Positions 45,001 through 53,801 of a stretch of DNA of 64,000 bases are shown here, one piece after another. The notes beneath the pieces were generated by a model. It worked only from the letters and a program-made list of their open reading frames with translations. It was not told the DNA's origin and searched no databases. The stretch's first letter is position 1. Each line of letters opens with the position of its first letter. The stretch covers positions 40,327-104,326 of the IMG/VR virus record IMGVR_UViG_3300031257_000001, one strand, 5' to 3'. A program made the position numbers and the translations under genes. The DNA is from a virus.

Positions 45001-48000
45001 TCAAGTTTCAATAGGTGAAATTGCCGATAGGTGGAACGAGCGCAAGGATGGCACATGGTCTCCAATGGCTCGAAAATTGCGCTATGGCAGATTCAAAATC
45101 ATCCAGATGGATGAAGATGGGCGCTGTCGCCCAGCGCGCCTCATTGGAATCCATGATCACGGTGTCCAGCGCGTGTATCGGCTCAAGACAAAAAGTGGCA
45201 TTGAGACGCCGCCAATCAGCCGTAACCACCGTTTGATGACGTCAGAAGGGTACAAGTCCATAGCCACTGGACTCGGCCCGGGTGATGCGCTCTTGTTCAT
45301 GGGCGAGAACAAGGGCCATGATTATTGCTCCTGGTTTGCTGGCGGTGATAGGCAGTTTGCGCAGTCCGGTAGGGTGAATGACGCATACCGCGCGACGGTT
45401 GCTGCTGTTTGGAAGCGTGACGGTGGCAAGTGCTCCGAGTGTGGCGCGAAGTGCGAGCATGGGCGTGGCGGATCCGAGGTGGCCCACATCTGGTCGCCGG
45501 CCGAATGCGATTACAACAAGGCTCTTTTCCACTCTGAGGCAAATCTGCGTCTGTTGTGTAATTCTTGCCACAAGCGTCTTGACTATGAGAAAGGTGAGCG
45601 CCAAAGGCGATGGAGCAAGGGCAGACCGACATTTGCTGATGAGGTGGTTGAGGTCATCGATTCCGGCGAGGAGCATTGCTATGATCTTGAGGTGGACGCT
45701 CCGGGCCACAACTTCGTCACCGGGCCGGACGGAGAAACGCCGCCGGTCGTTTCCCACAACTCACACGCTACCGCATATGGCATGATTGCGTTCTGGTGCG
45801 TTCACGGGCAAACGCGATTGCTGGATTGGAGCAAGAAAGAGTACACCACGGTGGCACGTGCTTATCGGGAAGGCACAAGCATGATCGCTTGTTACGACGA
45901 ACGGACTGGGGGGACGATCGGCGGCAAAGTTAAGTGTGTGATTCGGACTGGCAAGAAGAAGGTATGGGAGGTGCGTCTGCGCTCCTACAAGACGCTTCGG
46001 TGTTCCTCTGATCACTTGATCTTGACGGACGAAGGATACAAGAAAGCGTCTTGCCTTCGCGTCGGCGATCTGGTCGCTTCGGAAAAGAGGCTTTCGCCTT
46101 CAAAGAGAGAATCTGTCAAGAAGAAGCTGCGACGCGCCGCGAAGGAACAATGGGCGGGGCTGTCTCCGGAGCAAAGAGCGTCGATGGTCTCCAAAGCGCA
46201 CGAGGCGTTGACGCCGGAATTTCGACGAGAGCACGTTTGGCGCGGCACAGCGGAAGACGGCCATAAGGTCTATTCATGGGGAGAGAAGTTGGTCGGTGAT
46301 TGGCTGTCGAGCCGTGGGCTGGAACACGAGACGCAACCTAGCGTCGGACGCGGCAAGCGAGCTGACTTCATTTGCCAAGGCGTGTACGTCGAATACGACG
46401 GGATGCGACGCGAAGAATCGTATTGGGAGGACAAATTCGGGGATCTGCCGTATGTCGTCGTTAAGCCGGGGGACGACTTGGACGATGTACTTTCGTTCTT
46501 GGTCGAGACGGGCAAGATCGTCGTCGGCGAAGAAGTCGCGTTCGAGCCGGTCGTCTTCGCAAGAAAAACGGAGCGCGTCGCGTTGATGTACGACGTCGTC
46601 ATGGAAGGCGAGCCGCACAACTTCCTGGCCAACAACATCGTCGTCCACAACTGCATGTGGCTCAAAACTTACTATCCTTTGGAGTTTTATTGGGCGTTGC
46701 TCAAGAACGAGCCTGACAGGCTTCGCATCCAGCAGTTCGCCAAGGACGCGAAGCAGCACGGCATCGCCCTCTTGCCGCCACACGTCAACGTGTCCGATGA
46801 CGTGTTTGCCATTGACGACGCCAGGACGGCCATCCGCGGTAGCCTCGTGGACATCAAGGGCGTGGGGAAGGCAGCTGCCAAGGCAGTCATCGCCAACAAG
46901 CCATACCGGAGTCTGCTGGACTTGGTGGACAGGGTTGAGCGCCGGGCCGTTCACCGAGGCGTCGTGGTCGCCCTCGCCTCCGCCGGCGCGCTGGAAGGGA
47001 TGCTACCCAACACCAGGCACTTCGTGGAGAACATCGACGCATGGTGGAAGGTGCTCACAGCCAAGGCCAAGCGTGCCAAGAAGTTGCGTGAACTTCTGGC
47101 TGCAGCGAGGGCGGAGCCGGACTGGCCGCCAGAGGACCGCGACCTGCTGGCGTCCCGGGTGAACCCGCTGGCGTTCGGCGCACACCCTGTAGAAGCCCAC
47201 CTCAAGGCGATTGGGCACCGTATCATGGTGCCTGCTGTCACGATGGCTGACGAGGACTTCTTCAAGCGCCACAACAGCAAGGGTGTGTACGTGATGGGGA
47301 TGGTCGTTGAGGTCAAGTACAACCAGATCGGCGACTTCAACACCGGAGAACTGCCCAGCGAGACCGAGAAGCGCCGGATGTTCTGGGGCAGCCGATACGC
47401 CAACATCAACATTGAGGAAAGGACCGGGACGCAGAACCGATTCAAGGTTGACTTCCACATCTTTGATGACCACCGGGCCATCGTGGACAAGGGTGTCGGG
47501 ACTCCGCTTGTGGCGTTCGCAACCCCAATGGCCTTCACAGGGACGTTCCGTGCCCACTTCTTGGTGGACATGGAGGTGCTCCGAGCCAAGCTCACATCCG
47601 GCGATGAGATGGATGTCTGGGAGAACATCGTTACCGGACGCCACCCGGCCCTCGTGTACCGCTGGGCATCGGAATCCGTCCGTGAGGAGCGCTCGACCAA
47701 CGCCAAGTTTGAAAAGTACGGTGGCCACTTCTGTGGTGTGGTCACACACATCCAGCCGAAGTATGACCGCAAGGGCGGGCTGATGGCCTACCTGGGATTG
47801 CTAGCCGGCGATGGCCGGTATGAGCGCGTGCTGGTGTTCGCATCGGTGTGGCAGCACATCAAGCGGAAGCTCAAACGCGGGATGCTAGTCAGGATGGAGT
47901 TGGAGCGTAAGCCGGATCGTGGTGGATGGACGTGCTTCTACAACGGCGGGCATGTCAAGTTCTACAACAGAAAGATTCCAGCCGCCACGCCGGCGGATGA

Positions 48001-48004
48001 GTAG
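42032..48004 (+). CDS. dnaE: DNA polymerase III alpha subunit with three inteins
   Basis: PHP 'HLHVHSDMSNLDG...FTDHG', 'GPGRGSVAGS', 'FERFINPDR...PDVDMDF', 'HAAGV', 'KLDVLGL', spliced 'SYGFNKSHATAY', 'WLKTYYP'. Confidence 0.96.
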   Translation: MSKPDDIVHLHVHSDMSNLDGCGKIPDYVAAAKARGHRGVAFTDHGTMRGYMTQHEQCKEHDVKPVYGLEFYVSPDMRRRGLTEDERADITRDLPKSEHKAAIKKHEEHAGIRDRWHLTVWALDQVGLQNLYRLSSAAWIEGFYYKPRIDLDELIKYGVGLAVGSGCLASPINDCWVLGRQKQALGYADRLADAFGDRLYLEVMPHAIRDQRLANGLMLKLRKRYGSRGVRLLATQDAHYVEQADACHHEVLLCIGTNSILSDPERFKFDGNEFHFKTRKEMIRSFRRNHEFMPDSAIREALNTTLELAERVSAKVEVDYHKALLPDSGIPAKCDGNAFAYLRDLCLDGWKWREIPKRAAAYAAVHGVSKPEALAIYRDRMKYEMGALVRQRFVPYFLMVHDIYRFAREAHIMTGPGRGSVAGSLVAYCLGLTAVDPIEFGLIFERFINPDRIDMPDVDMDFEDRRRSEIMDYLRAKYGEDKVCQIATIGKLSGKQCIRDVSRVLQVPLNEVNQVTASIIERSSGDERASQTIEDSFQEFAVCRAFNKRHPEVLEHARKLEGMAKNLGIHAAGVVASPVPLTDLLPLEIRKHDGRDLVVSAVDMYGVASTGLVKLDVLGLRTLTVIKETLEAIDRRHGRHIDMESRDIDLNDPKVLQGFTDHNFGGVFQYDTTSAAAVCRGVKFAHFEDVAALTALNRPGTSRSGLATEYVRRKKKPKEAEKDHFHPLVSKITKDTLGIIVYQEHVIRIFIEVAGFAPGTADSLRKTIAKKIGDEAMGKERENFIRGAWEHSRVDRATAAKIMDAITFFGCVPFWTQIAIPLDGERSIGVTARTLPIDLVRPGDEVWSVDEHWRLVRNRVKNVVATGRKPLFRIVAKIHDGNRRVTVEATAGHYWLLVSGKYAKTEQLKSGDVIAYRNRTALRVDVAIVQLIEPVEFVGDATTYDLEVENEPHNYVADGFVCHNSYGFNKTVGRSAMVWKAGANASDPRGQVSIGEIADRWNERKDGTWSPMARKLRYGRFKIIQMDEDGRCRPARLIGIHDHGVQRVYRLKTKSGIETPPISRNHRLMTSEGYKSIATGLGPGDALLFMGENKGHDYCSWFAGGDRQFAQSGRVNDAYRATVAAVWKRDGGKCSECGAKCEHGRGGSEVAHIWSPAECDYNKALFHSEANLRLLCNSCHKRLDYEKGERQRRWSKGRPTFADEVVEVIDSGEEHCYDLEVDAPGHNFVTGPDGETPPVVSHNSHATAYGMIAFWCVHGQTRLLDWSKKEYTTVARAYREGTSMIACYDERTGGTIGGKVKCVIRTGKKKVWEVRLRSYKTLRCSSDHLILTDEGYKKASCLRVGDLVASEKRLSPSKRESVKKKLRRAAKEQWAGLSPEQRASMVSKAHEALTPEFRREHVWRGTAEDGHKVYSWGEKLVGDWLSSRGLEHETQPSVGRGKRADFICQGVYVEYDGMRREESYWEDKFGDLPYVVVKPGDDLDDVLSFLVETGKIVVGEEVAFEPVVFARKTERVALMYDVVMEGEPHNFLANNIVVHNCMWLKTYYPLEFYWALLKNEPDRLRIQQFAKDAKQHGIALLPPHVNVSDDVFAIDDARTAIRGSLVDIKGVGKAAAKAVIANKPYRSLLDLVDRVERRAVHRGVVVALASAGALEGMLPNTRHFVENIDAWWKVLTAKAKRAKKLRELLAAARAEPDWPPEDRDLLASRVNPLAFGAHPVEAHLKAIGHRIMVPAVTMADEDFFKRHNSKGVYVMGMVVEVKYNQIGDFNTGELPSETEKRRMFWGSRYANINIEERTGTQNRFKVDFHIFDDHRAIVDKGVGTPLVAFATPMAFTGTFRAHFLVDMEVLRAKLTSGDEMDVWENIVTGRHPALVYRWASESVREERSTNAKFEKYGGHFCGVVTHIQPKYDRKGGLMAYLGLLAGDGRYERVLVFASVWQHIKRKLKRGMLVRMELERKPDRGGWTCFYNGGHVKFYNRKIPAATPADE
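44462..44923 (+). mobile_element. DnaE intein 1 (mini-intein, 154 aa)
   Basis: CVPFWTQI...ATAGHY...TYDLEVENEPHNYVADGFVCHN|S; no endonuclease domain. Confidence 0.92.
44942..45760 (+). mobile_element. DnaE intein 2 (273 aa, HNH endonuclease, Thr at position 1)
   Basis: FNK|TVGRS...SRNHRL...RDGGKCSECG...AHI...NLRLLCNSCH...CYDLEV...VVSHN|SH. Confidence 0.9.
45797..46651 (+). mobile_element. DnaE intein 3 (285 aa, PD-(D/E)XK/DUF559-like endonuclease)
   Basis: FW|CVHGQT...CSSDHLILT...SWGEKLV...RADF...VEYDG...MYDV...IVVHN|C. Confidence 0.9.
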
Positions 48005-48034
48005 CTACCAAGGACCAATCGGAAGGACAATCAG

Positions 48035-48385
48035 ATGGCTAATGTGACCGACCTGGCGAATGCCGCCGGGGTGCAGCGTGGAATCGTGAATGACGTGCTG
48101 AACCAGATCATCAGGTTCCTCCAGAAGGGAGAGCCCGTGAAGTTGACCGGGTTCGGGACGTTCGAGCGAAAGTTGCACAGGGGAAGGACGCTCAAGACGC
48201 CGGCGGTCCAGGACGGCGACCCGATCACCTACCCAGACAGCTATGCCATGCGCTTCCGTCAGTCACCCATCGCCAAGCAGCGATTGAACACAGCGCCCAA
48301 GAAGGCCAAGAAGGCTGGCAAGAAAACTGCCAAGAAGGTCGTCAAGAAGACAACCAAAAAGACAGCGAAGAAACGGAGGGCATGA
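48035..48385 (+). CDS. HU/IHF-like DNA-binding protein with Lys-rich tail
   Basis: 'GEPVKLTGFGTF...FRQS' plus a KKAKK-type tail. Confidence 0.88.
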   Translation: MANVTDLANAAGVQRGIVNDVLNQIIRFLQKGEPVKLTGFGTFERKLHRGRTLKTPAVQDGDPITYPDSYAMRFRQSPIAKQRLNTAPKKAKKAGKKTAKKVVKKTTKKTAKKRRA

Positions 48386-48951
48386 TGGACTTTGGCAAGC
48401 GATCAATCACCGTCAACGGCATCGAGGTTGAGCTTGATGTCAACGTTGACCTCCCCATAGCGGACGTGTCCAATGACATGGACCGCGTTGCTTCGCAGAT
48501 GGCGTGGTGGGGAAGCGTCTGGGCGAGCGCCGAACGCGAGGCGGCAGAGGTGGACGCCCACTATCGCCGATGGCGGGCGATGAAGCTGAAGCAGGTCCTG
48601 TCGAAGGATCCCAAGCTGGCCGAATGGAAGGTGAAGGCCGAGGTGGAGTCTGACGCCAAGTTCCTGGAGTTCAAGACGGCCGCCGCCACGGCTGACGAGA
48701 ACATCACGCTTGCCCGGGCCATGTTCGCATCAGCCGGCAAGAAAGCAAATCAGCTCCAATCCAAGGGCGCCATGCAGCGATCGGAGCTGGCGGCGACCGG
48801 GATGACAACACCAGAGGAGCCCAGATCAGCTCCCACCCACAGACGCAGTACCAAGGACGAACCAGACAATGACACCCCGGATGATGATGCGCGACGTGAC
48901 AAAGTCCGTGGAATCTTCCGCACAAAAGGCAAAAGCCCACTAGGAGAATGA
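48382..48951 (+). CDS. putative UvsY-like recombination mediator
   Basis: Helical protein with 'KLAEWKVKAEVESD'; located before SSB and RecA. Confidence 0.5.
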   Translation: MMDFGKRSITVNGIEVELDVNVDLPIADVSNDMDRVASQMAWWGSVWASAEREAAEVDAHYRRWRAMKLKQVLSKDPKLAEWKVKAEVESDAKFLEFKTAAATADENITLARAMFASAGKKANQLQSKGAMQRSELAATGMTTPEEPRSAPTHRRSTKDEPDNDTPDDDARRDKVRGIFRTKGKSPLGE

Positions 48952-48954
48952 CAG

Positions 48955-50211
48955 ATGACCGTTGACATGAGCAAGATGCGACAGTCCTACGAGGATCAGC
49001 AGAAGGGTGGCGACATCCTCAACTTCGATCAGGGTGAAACCTTGCTGTACATCCACCCGCCGTGCCGCGGCGCCGATGACAAATGGGAGCCCACGACCGG
49101 GCTGCCTTATGTCCCTGTGACGGTCCACTACAAGGTGGGCAAGGATGGGGCAATGGTCGTGTCCCTGGACCCGGACCGCAACTCTATCATTGAGCACCCG
49201 TTCGTGAAGCGGTTCCTCAAGAAGCGCAAGATGAAGCTCACTGGTTCGTGCCCGGTCGCTGCTGAGCTGGAATCGGGCTCGATGTCGGATGACGAGGCGG
49301 ACGAAAGCCGGGCACAGACCAAGTACCTGTGGGGAATGACTCCGCTTAAGTTCCGCGCCTCCAGTCGTGAGGAGTGGCACAAGATCACCCCCAAGCCTTC
49401 CGTCGCAATGGTCGGCAAACAGATCTATGACGGCATTATGGAGGCGTTCTTCGACAACGGAGACATCACCGACATGGACGGCGCCATTCTGGTCCGCGTC
49501 ATCCGCAAGGGCAAGGACCGCACCACCAAGTATGAGGTGAAGGTGGACCCGTCCAGCCTCAAGAAGCCATTCAAGCTTCCCGCCAAGCTCCGGGCGGCCA
49601 TCGTCAAGGCCATTGAAGAGGAAGGCGACTGCGACCTGTTCCAGCTCACGTCCAACCTCATGAAGTCGCCGGCCGATGTGGAGGCACTGCTCAGCGGCGT
49701 CAAGTCATCTTCCGACCCGGACGATGACGATGACGAGGCCGATGACGATGAGCCGGAACCCCGCCGGAAGGCGAGCAAGAAGCGGAAGCCCGAGCCCAAG
49801 CCCGAGGATGACGAGGGTGATGACGCCCTCGATGACGAGGATGACGAGCCGCCACCCAAGAAGGCTGCCAAGAAGCCCGAGCCCGAGGAAGAGGATGATG
49901 ACGACCTCGATGACCTCGATGACGATGACGAGGATGACGAGCCGCCACCCAAGAAGTCCTCCAAGAAGACATCCAAGAAGGCCGCCAAGAAGGTGGAGCC
50001 AGAGCCCGAGGATGATGACGAGGATGACGAGGAAGATGAGCCCCCGCCACCCAAGAAGTCCTCCAAGAAGGCGGAGCCCGAGGAGGATGACGAGGACGAT
50101 CTGGGCCTCGATGACCTGGAAGCCGCTCTGGATGAGTTGGATGAGGAAGAACAGAAGGCTCCACCCAAGAAGAAAGCCTCCAAGAAGGCTGGCAAGAAGC
50201 GAGCGACGTGA
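48955..50211 (+). CDS. gp32-like single-stranded DNA-binding protein with a long Asp/Glu/Lys/Pro tail
   Basis: 'GDITDMDG...RKGKDRTTKYEV' core, H...CPV motif, low-complexity acidic tail. Confidence 0.7.
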   Translation: MTVDMSKMRQSYEDQQKGGDILNFDQGETLLYIHPPCRGADDKWEPTTGLPYVPVTVHYKVGKDGAMVVSLDPDRNSIIEHPFVKRFLKKRKMKLTGSCPVAAELESGSMSDDEADESRAQTKYLWGMTPLKFRASSREEWHKITPKPSVAMVGKQIYDGIMEAFFDNGDITDMDGAILVRVIRKGKDRTTKYEVKVDPSSLKKPFKLPAKLRAAIVKAIEEEGDCDLFQLTSNLMKSPADVEALLSGVKSSSDPDDDDDEADDDEPEPRRKASKKRKPEPKPEDDEGDDALDDEDDEPPPKKAAKKPEPEEEDDDDLDDLDDDDEDDEPPPKKSSKKTSKKAAKKVEPEPEDDDEDDEEDEPPPPKKSSKKAEPEEDDEDDLGLDDLEAALDELDEEEQKAPPKKKASKKAGKKRAT

Positions 50212-50771
50212 GCCGTGCCGCGCGACATAGCTCCACGACAGCGGAGCATCTGACCCCGTTGTACGTCGTGGACGCTGCTAGGGAGGCGTTGGGTGGTGTC
50301 ATCGATGTGGACCCAGCGACCACCTTGAGGGCGAACCGGGACATTGGAGCCCGGTTCACCTTCACGCGCGACGAAAGCGGCATGAAGAACCGTTGGCCCG
50401 GCCACGTGTTCTTGAACCCGCCTGGAGGGACAGTCCAGACACGGCTGACCAAATCCAGTTCGGTCCTGTGGTGGGCGAAGCTGATGTTGGAGTGGACCAG
50501 AGGGCGGACGACCGCCGGCGTGTTCATCTGCTTCAGCGTGGAGATACTCCAAGCGGCACAGAAGGTTCGGCAGGTTCCGCAGCCGTTGGACTTCCCGTTG
50601 TGTGTCCCGGATCACCGCATCCCGTTCGACACGCTCGACAGTCGCGGCCGGCGCGTGTCACAGAAGGATCCGACGCACGCCAACGTCATCATCTACCTGC
50701 CATCAAGAGATGATCCAGGGGCCCTCCGGTTCCGCCGCGCATTCAAGGACATTGGGAGAGTGAGAACGTGA
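50208..50771 (+). CDS. phage DNA N6-adenine methyltransferase-like protein
   Basis: 'HLTP...IDVDPAT...W.GHVFLNPPG...RIPF'. The catalytic motif is NPPG rather than NPPY. Confidence 0.7.
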   Translation: MSRAARHSSTTAEHLTPLYVVDAAREALGGVIDVDPATTLRANRDIGARFTFTRDESGMKNRWPGHVFLNPPGGTVQTRLTKSSSVLWWAKLMLEWTRGRTTAGVFICFSVEILQAAQKVRQVPQPLDFPLCVPDHRIPFDTLDSRGRRVSQKDPTHANVIIYLPSRDDPGALRFRRAFKDIGRVRT

Positions 50772-52678
50772 CGACCAGGCCCAAAAAGGCGATGAGGAAA
50801 ACAACCAAGAAGCCGAAGCCGAAGCCAAAGCCCGAGCCGCCCGGGCGCAGCCTGGAAGTTGAGGTGCTCGAAGGGATCCGCTCTGAGATTGGAGATGACG
50901 GGGCGCAATTGCTCGGGAGCGATGAGTTGAAGACCAAGATCAGGGGCGTCATCTCGACCCGCTGTATGACGCTGGACGCTGCCATCGGCCGCGGAGGGAT
51001 CCCGTTGTCACGCCTGACCATCCTCCACGGCGGCGAGGGGTGCATTGCATCAGGTGCGTTCATTCCAACAAATAGGGCCGGTAAAGGTGAATCATTCAAG
51101 ATTGAACATTTGGTTAAAATGTTCAACGGCGGAGTGTCGGGCGGCAAACGTTGGGATCGATCCATACCAACGATGGTTAGGGTCATGCAACCTGACGGGA
51201 CGATCAGGTTGGCGCGCTTGAAGCGCGCTTGGAGTTCCGGGAAGCGGGTTGTGTTTGAAGTGGCTACTTCTGCTGGCAGAAAACTAACAGCCACAGCCAA
51301 TCATCCGTTTTGGTCATACGTTGCCAATGATTGGGTGCGTTTGGATGCGTTGTCAATTGGCGAATGTGTGGCAGTCGAGGATGGACGACCAGCGAAAAGG
51401 AAAACACTATCAGTGAGACTGCGGGACAAATATGTCAAATTGAAGAACCACCCGTATGCATGTGCAAGGAACAGCGATTCCATTGTTGCTTACCACCGTT
51501 TGGTGTACGAGGCACATGTCAATGGGGTGGACGTCAACAAATTCATAGCGCAAATTCGTAGTGGCAATCTGTCTGGGTGTGTGTTTTTTGATCCATCTGT
51601 GTTTGTTGTTCACCACAAGAATGGCGACCATTCTGACAACACAGTTGGCAATCTGGAATTGCTAACTCATTTTGCACACAGGATAAGGCACATTCCAGAT
51701 TGGGCAAAAAACATCGAAGTCCATGCCAAGCCGGAAAGAATTGTGGCTGTTCGTGAGTGTGGTGCGATGGAAACATATGATCTTGAAATCGATCTGGACG
51801 AACCGAATGGGCAACCGAATTTTGTTGCTAATGGGTTCGTGGTACACAACTCGGGCAAGACCACAGTGGCGCTCCACCTCGTTGCTGAAGTACAGGCACA
51901 GGGCGGCGTGGCCGTGTACATCGACAAGGAGTACAAGCTGGATCCGGACTATGCCACTGCCATCGGCGTGGACATCAATCGGCTGATCATCAGCCAGCCG
52001 CGTTCCCTGGAGCAGGTCCTTGGGGCCATCAAGAAGGCCATTGCCATCGCGGCAGCAGCCCGCCGGCGAACGGGGAAGCGTGTCCCCATCCTCGTCATCC
52101 TGGACTCCATCAACGCGGCCACGGCAAAGGCACGCTTGGAAGGTGACGAGGGCGCCAGCCACATCGCGCCGGAAGCGCGACTTTGGTCAGGGCACCTCCC
52201 GGCCATCATTGAAGAGTGCTCCAAAGAGGATGTGGCATTGGTCCTTGTCAGCCAGGTTCGCTCCAAGATCGGCGTGATGTTCGGGAGCAACGAGGACATG
52301 GCCGGCGGGAATGCTCCGCGATTCTACGCCAGCCTGATCGTCTACATCAAGCGGGTTGGAACCCACAAGCGCGACGGCGAGAAGAAAGCCAACATCATCG
52401 AGGCCGAGTGCAAGAAGAATCAGATCGGGCCGCCCTTCCGCAAGGGAAAGTTCCTGTTGGAATATGGCAAGGGAATCGACTGGGAGCACTCGCTGATCCT
52501 CCAGGCGGAGGCGACTGGCGACGTCCAAACCAAGGGCTCGTGGTTGAACTTTGATGGCGAGCGGATTGGCCAAGGACGCGACGCTGCCGCAGACAATCTG
52601 CGCAAGAACAAGAGCTGGGCAGAAGACATCGAACGGGCCGTCAGGGTCTCATTGGGATGGGATGAAGAAGCAGCATGA
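50768..52678 (+). CDS. recA: RecA recombinase with an intein in the P-loop
   Basis: 'LDAAIGRGGIP', spliced GGEG/SGKTT, 'YIDKEYKLD', 'ILDS', 'SQVRSKIGVMFG', 'GGNA.RFYAS', 'KKNQIGPPF'. Confidence 0.95.
   Translation: MTTRPKKAMRKTTKKPKPKPKPEPPGRSLEVEVLEGIRSEIGDDGAQLLGSDELKTKIRGVISTRCMTLDAAIGRGGIPLSRLTILHGGEGCIASGAFIPTNRAGKGESFKIEHLVKMFNGGVSGGKRWDRSIPTMVRVMQPDGTIRLARLKRAWSSGKRVVFEVATSAGRKLTATANHPFWSYVANDWVRLDALSIGECVAVEDGRPAKRKTLSVRLRDKYVKLKNHPYACARNSDSIVAYHRLVYEAHVNGVDVNKFIAQIRSGNLSGCVFFDPSVFVVHHKNGDHSDNTVGNLELLTHFAHRIRHIPDWAKNIEVHAKPERIVAVRECGAMETYDLEIDLDEPNGQPNFVANGFVVHNSGKTTVALHLVAEVQAQGGVAVYIDKEYKLDPDYATAIGVDINRLIISQPRSLEQVLGAIKKAIAIAAAARRRTGKRVPILVILDSINAATAKARLEGDEGASHIAPEARLWSGHLPAIIEECSKEDVALVLVSQVRSKIGVMFGSNEDMAGGNAPRFYASLIVYIKRVGTHKRDGEKKANIIEAECKKNQIGPPFRKGKFLLEYGKGIDWEHSLILQAEATGDVQTKGSWLNFDGERIGQGRDAAADNLRKNKSWAEDIERAVRVSLGWDEEAA
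51041..51850 (+). mobile_element. RecA intein (270 aa) with HNH endonuclease
   Basis: CIASGA...ATANHPF...YHRLV...VHHKNGDHSDN..GNLEL...TYDLEI...FVVHN|S; lower GC than the flanks. Confidence 0.93.
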
Positions 52679-53801
52679 CAGATTCCGGGCGTTGTTGACA
52701 GCTGATTTGCACATGTCCAACACGCTCCCGCATTCGCGGCCGGCGACGGACGATGGCATTACCGACCGACTACTGGATCAGCAAAAGCTCTGGACGGAGA
52801 TCCACGCCAGTGCTGAAGAGCACGAGGTGGACGCCACATTTGTCTTGGGCGACCTGTTTGACAGTAGCCTCGTGGACCCCGCCACGCTCATCGTCACATC
52901 GGAAGCGTTGAAGGCCACCCCGGTCCCCATGTACATCTTGCCTGGGAACCACGAGGCGAACGGCGAGCTGTTCATCAGCGGAGCATTCGCGCATCTGGGC
53001 GCTGACAAGATCATCTACTTGGGTGGGGCCGACCCGAAGGGATACCAGATCAGCGATTGGCTCCGGTTCTGGCCGATGGACTACAGCACGCCGGAGCGCT
53101 TGATGAAGCGTATCACTGATGCGATGGACTACATGGCATTCGGTCGGAAGCCGGCGGAGGTGGCGTTGCTACACCACAGCATCGTCGGTTGCTCGCACTT
53201 CGGTTGGACGTGTGACGATGGCGTCCTGGCTGATGACGTGTGCGAACCGTTCGACTGGGTGTTCACGGGGCACTTCCACGAGCACCAAGCGTTCGGGCCC
53301 GAGGAGAAGGGCATGTACCTCGGAGCGCCGATGCACCACCGGTTCGATGACGTCGGGCGCTCCGCCGGCTGGTGGATCATGGATTGGAAGCACCGATCGG
53401 GGAAGGTGTCGTTGGACGCCAAGTTCATCCCGTCCAGCGCTCCGCGCTTCCACGCTGTGAAGTGGAGCGGGAAGTCAAGCCTGAAGGGGGTCAAGGCGAA
53501 GCCTGGCGACTATGTGCGGCTGATTGTGGAGGCGACGCACGCGGAGTGGACCAAGCTCAAGCCGGGCGTGAGCGCGGCCGTCGGGCGACTCCGCGAGGCC
53601 GGTGTGCGTGCTTCGTGGAAGCACAAGCCTGAGTACCATCACGGCCGCCGGCTGAAGGGGAAGGCAACCAGGGTTGGATCTGTTGACTTCATCGATGCCA
53701 TCGATGCCTACCTGGGGGCGCCCGACGTGGACACCTCCGGGTTGAGTCTCAAGAAGCTCAGGAGGCTGGGACGCGAGTTGTTGGAGGAAGCTGGTGATTG
53801 A
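52662..53801 (+). CDS. SbcD/Mre11-like metallophosphoesterase nuclease
   Basis: 'TADLH', 'LGDLFD', 'PGNHE', 'GHFH'; adjacent to the SbcC-like gene. Confidence 0.88.
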   Translation: MKKQHDRFRALLTADLHMSNTLPHSRPATDDGITDRLLDQQKLWTEIHASAEEHEVDATFVLGDLFDSSLVDPATLIVTSEALKATPVPMYILPGNHEANGELFISGAFAHLGADKIIYLGGADPKGYQISDWLRFWPMDYSTPERLMKRITDAMDYMAFGRKPAEVALLHHSIVGCSHFGWTCDDGVLADDVCEPFDWVFTGHFHEHQAFGPEEKGMYLGAPMHHRFDDVGRSAGWWIMDWKHRSGKVSLDAKFIPSSAPRFHAVKWSGKSSLKGVKAKPGDYVRLIVEATHAEWTKLKPGVSAAVGRLREAGVRASWKHKPEYHHGRRLKGKATRVGSVDFIDAIDAYLGAPDVDTSGLSLKKLRRLGRELLEEAGD

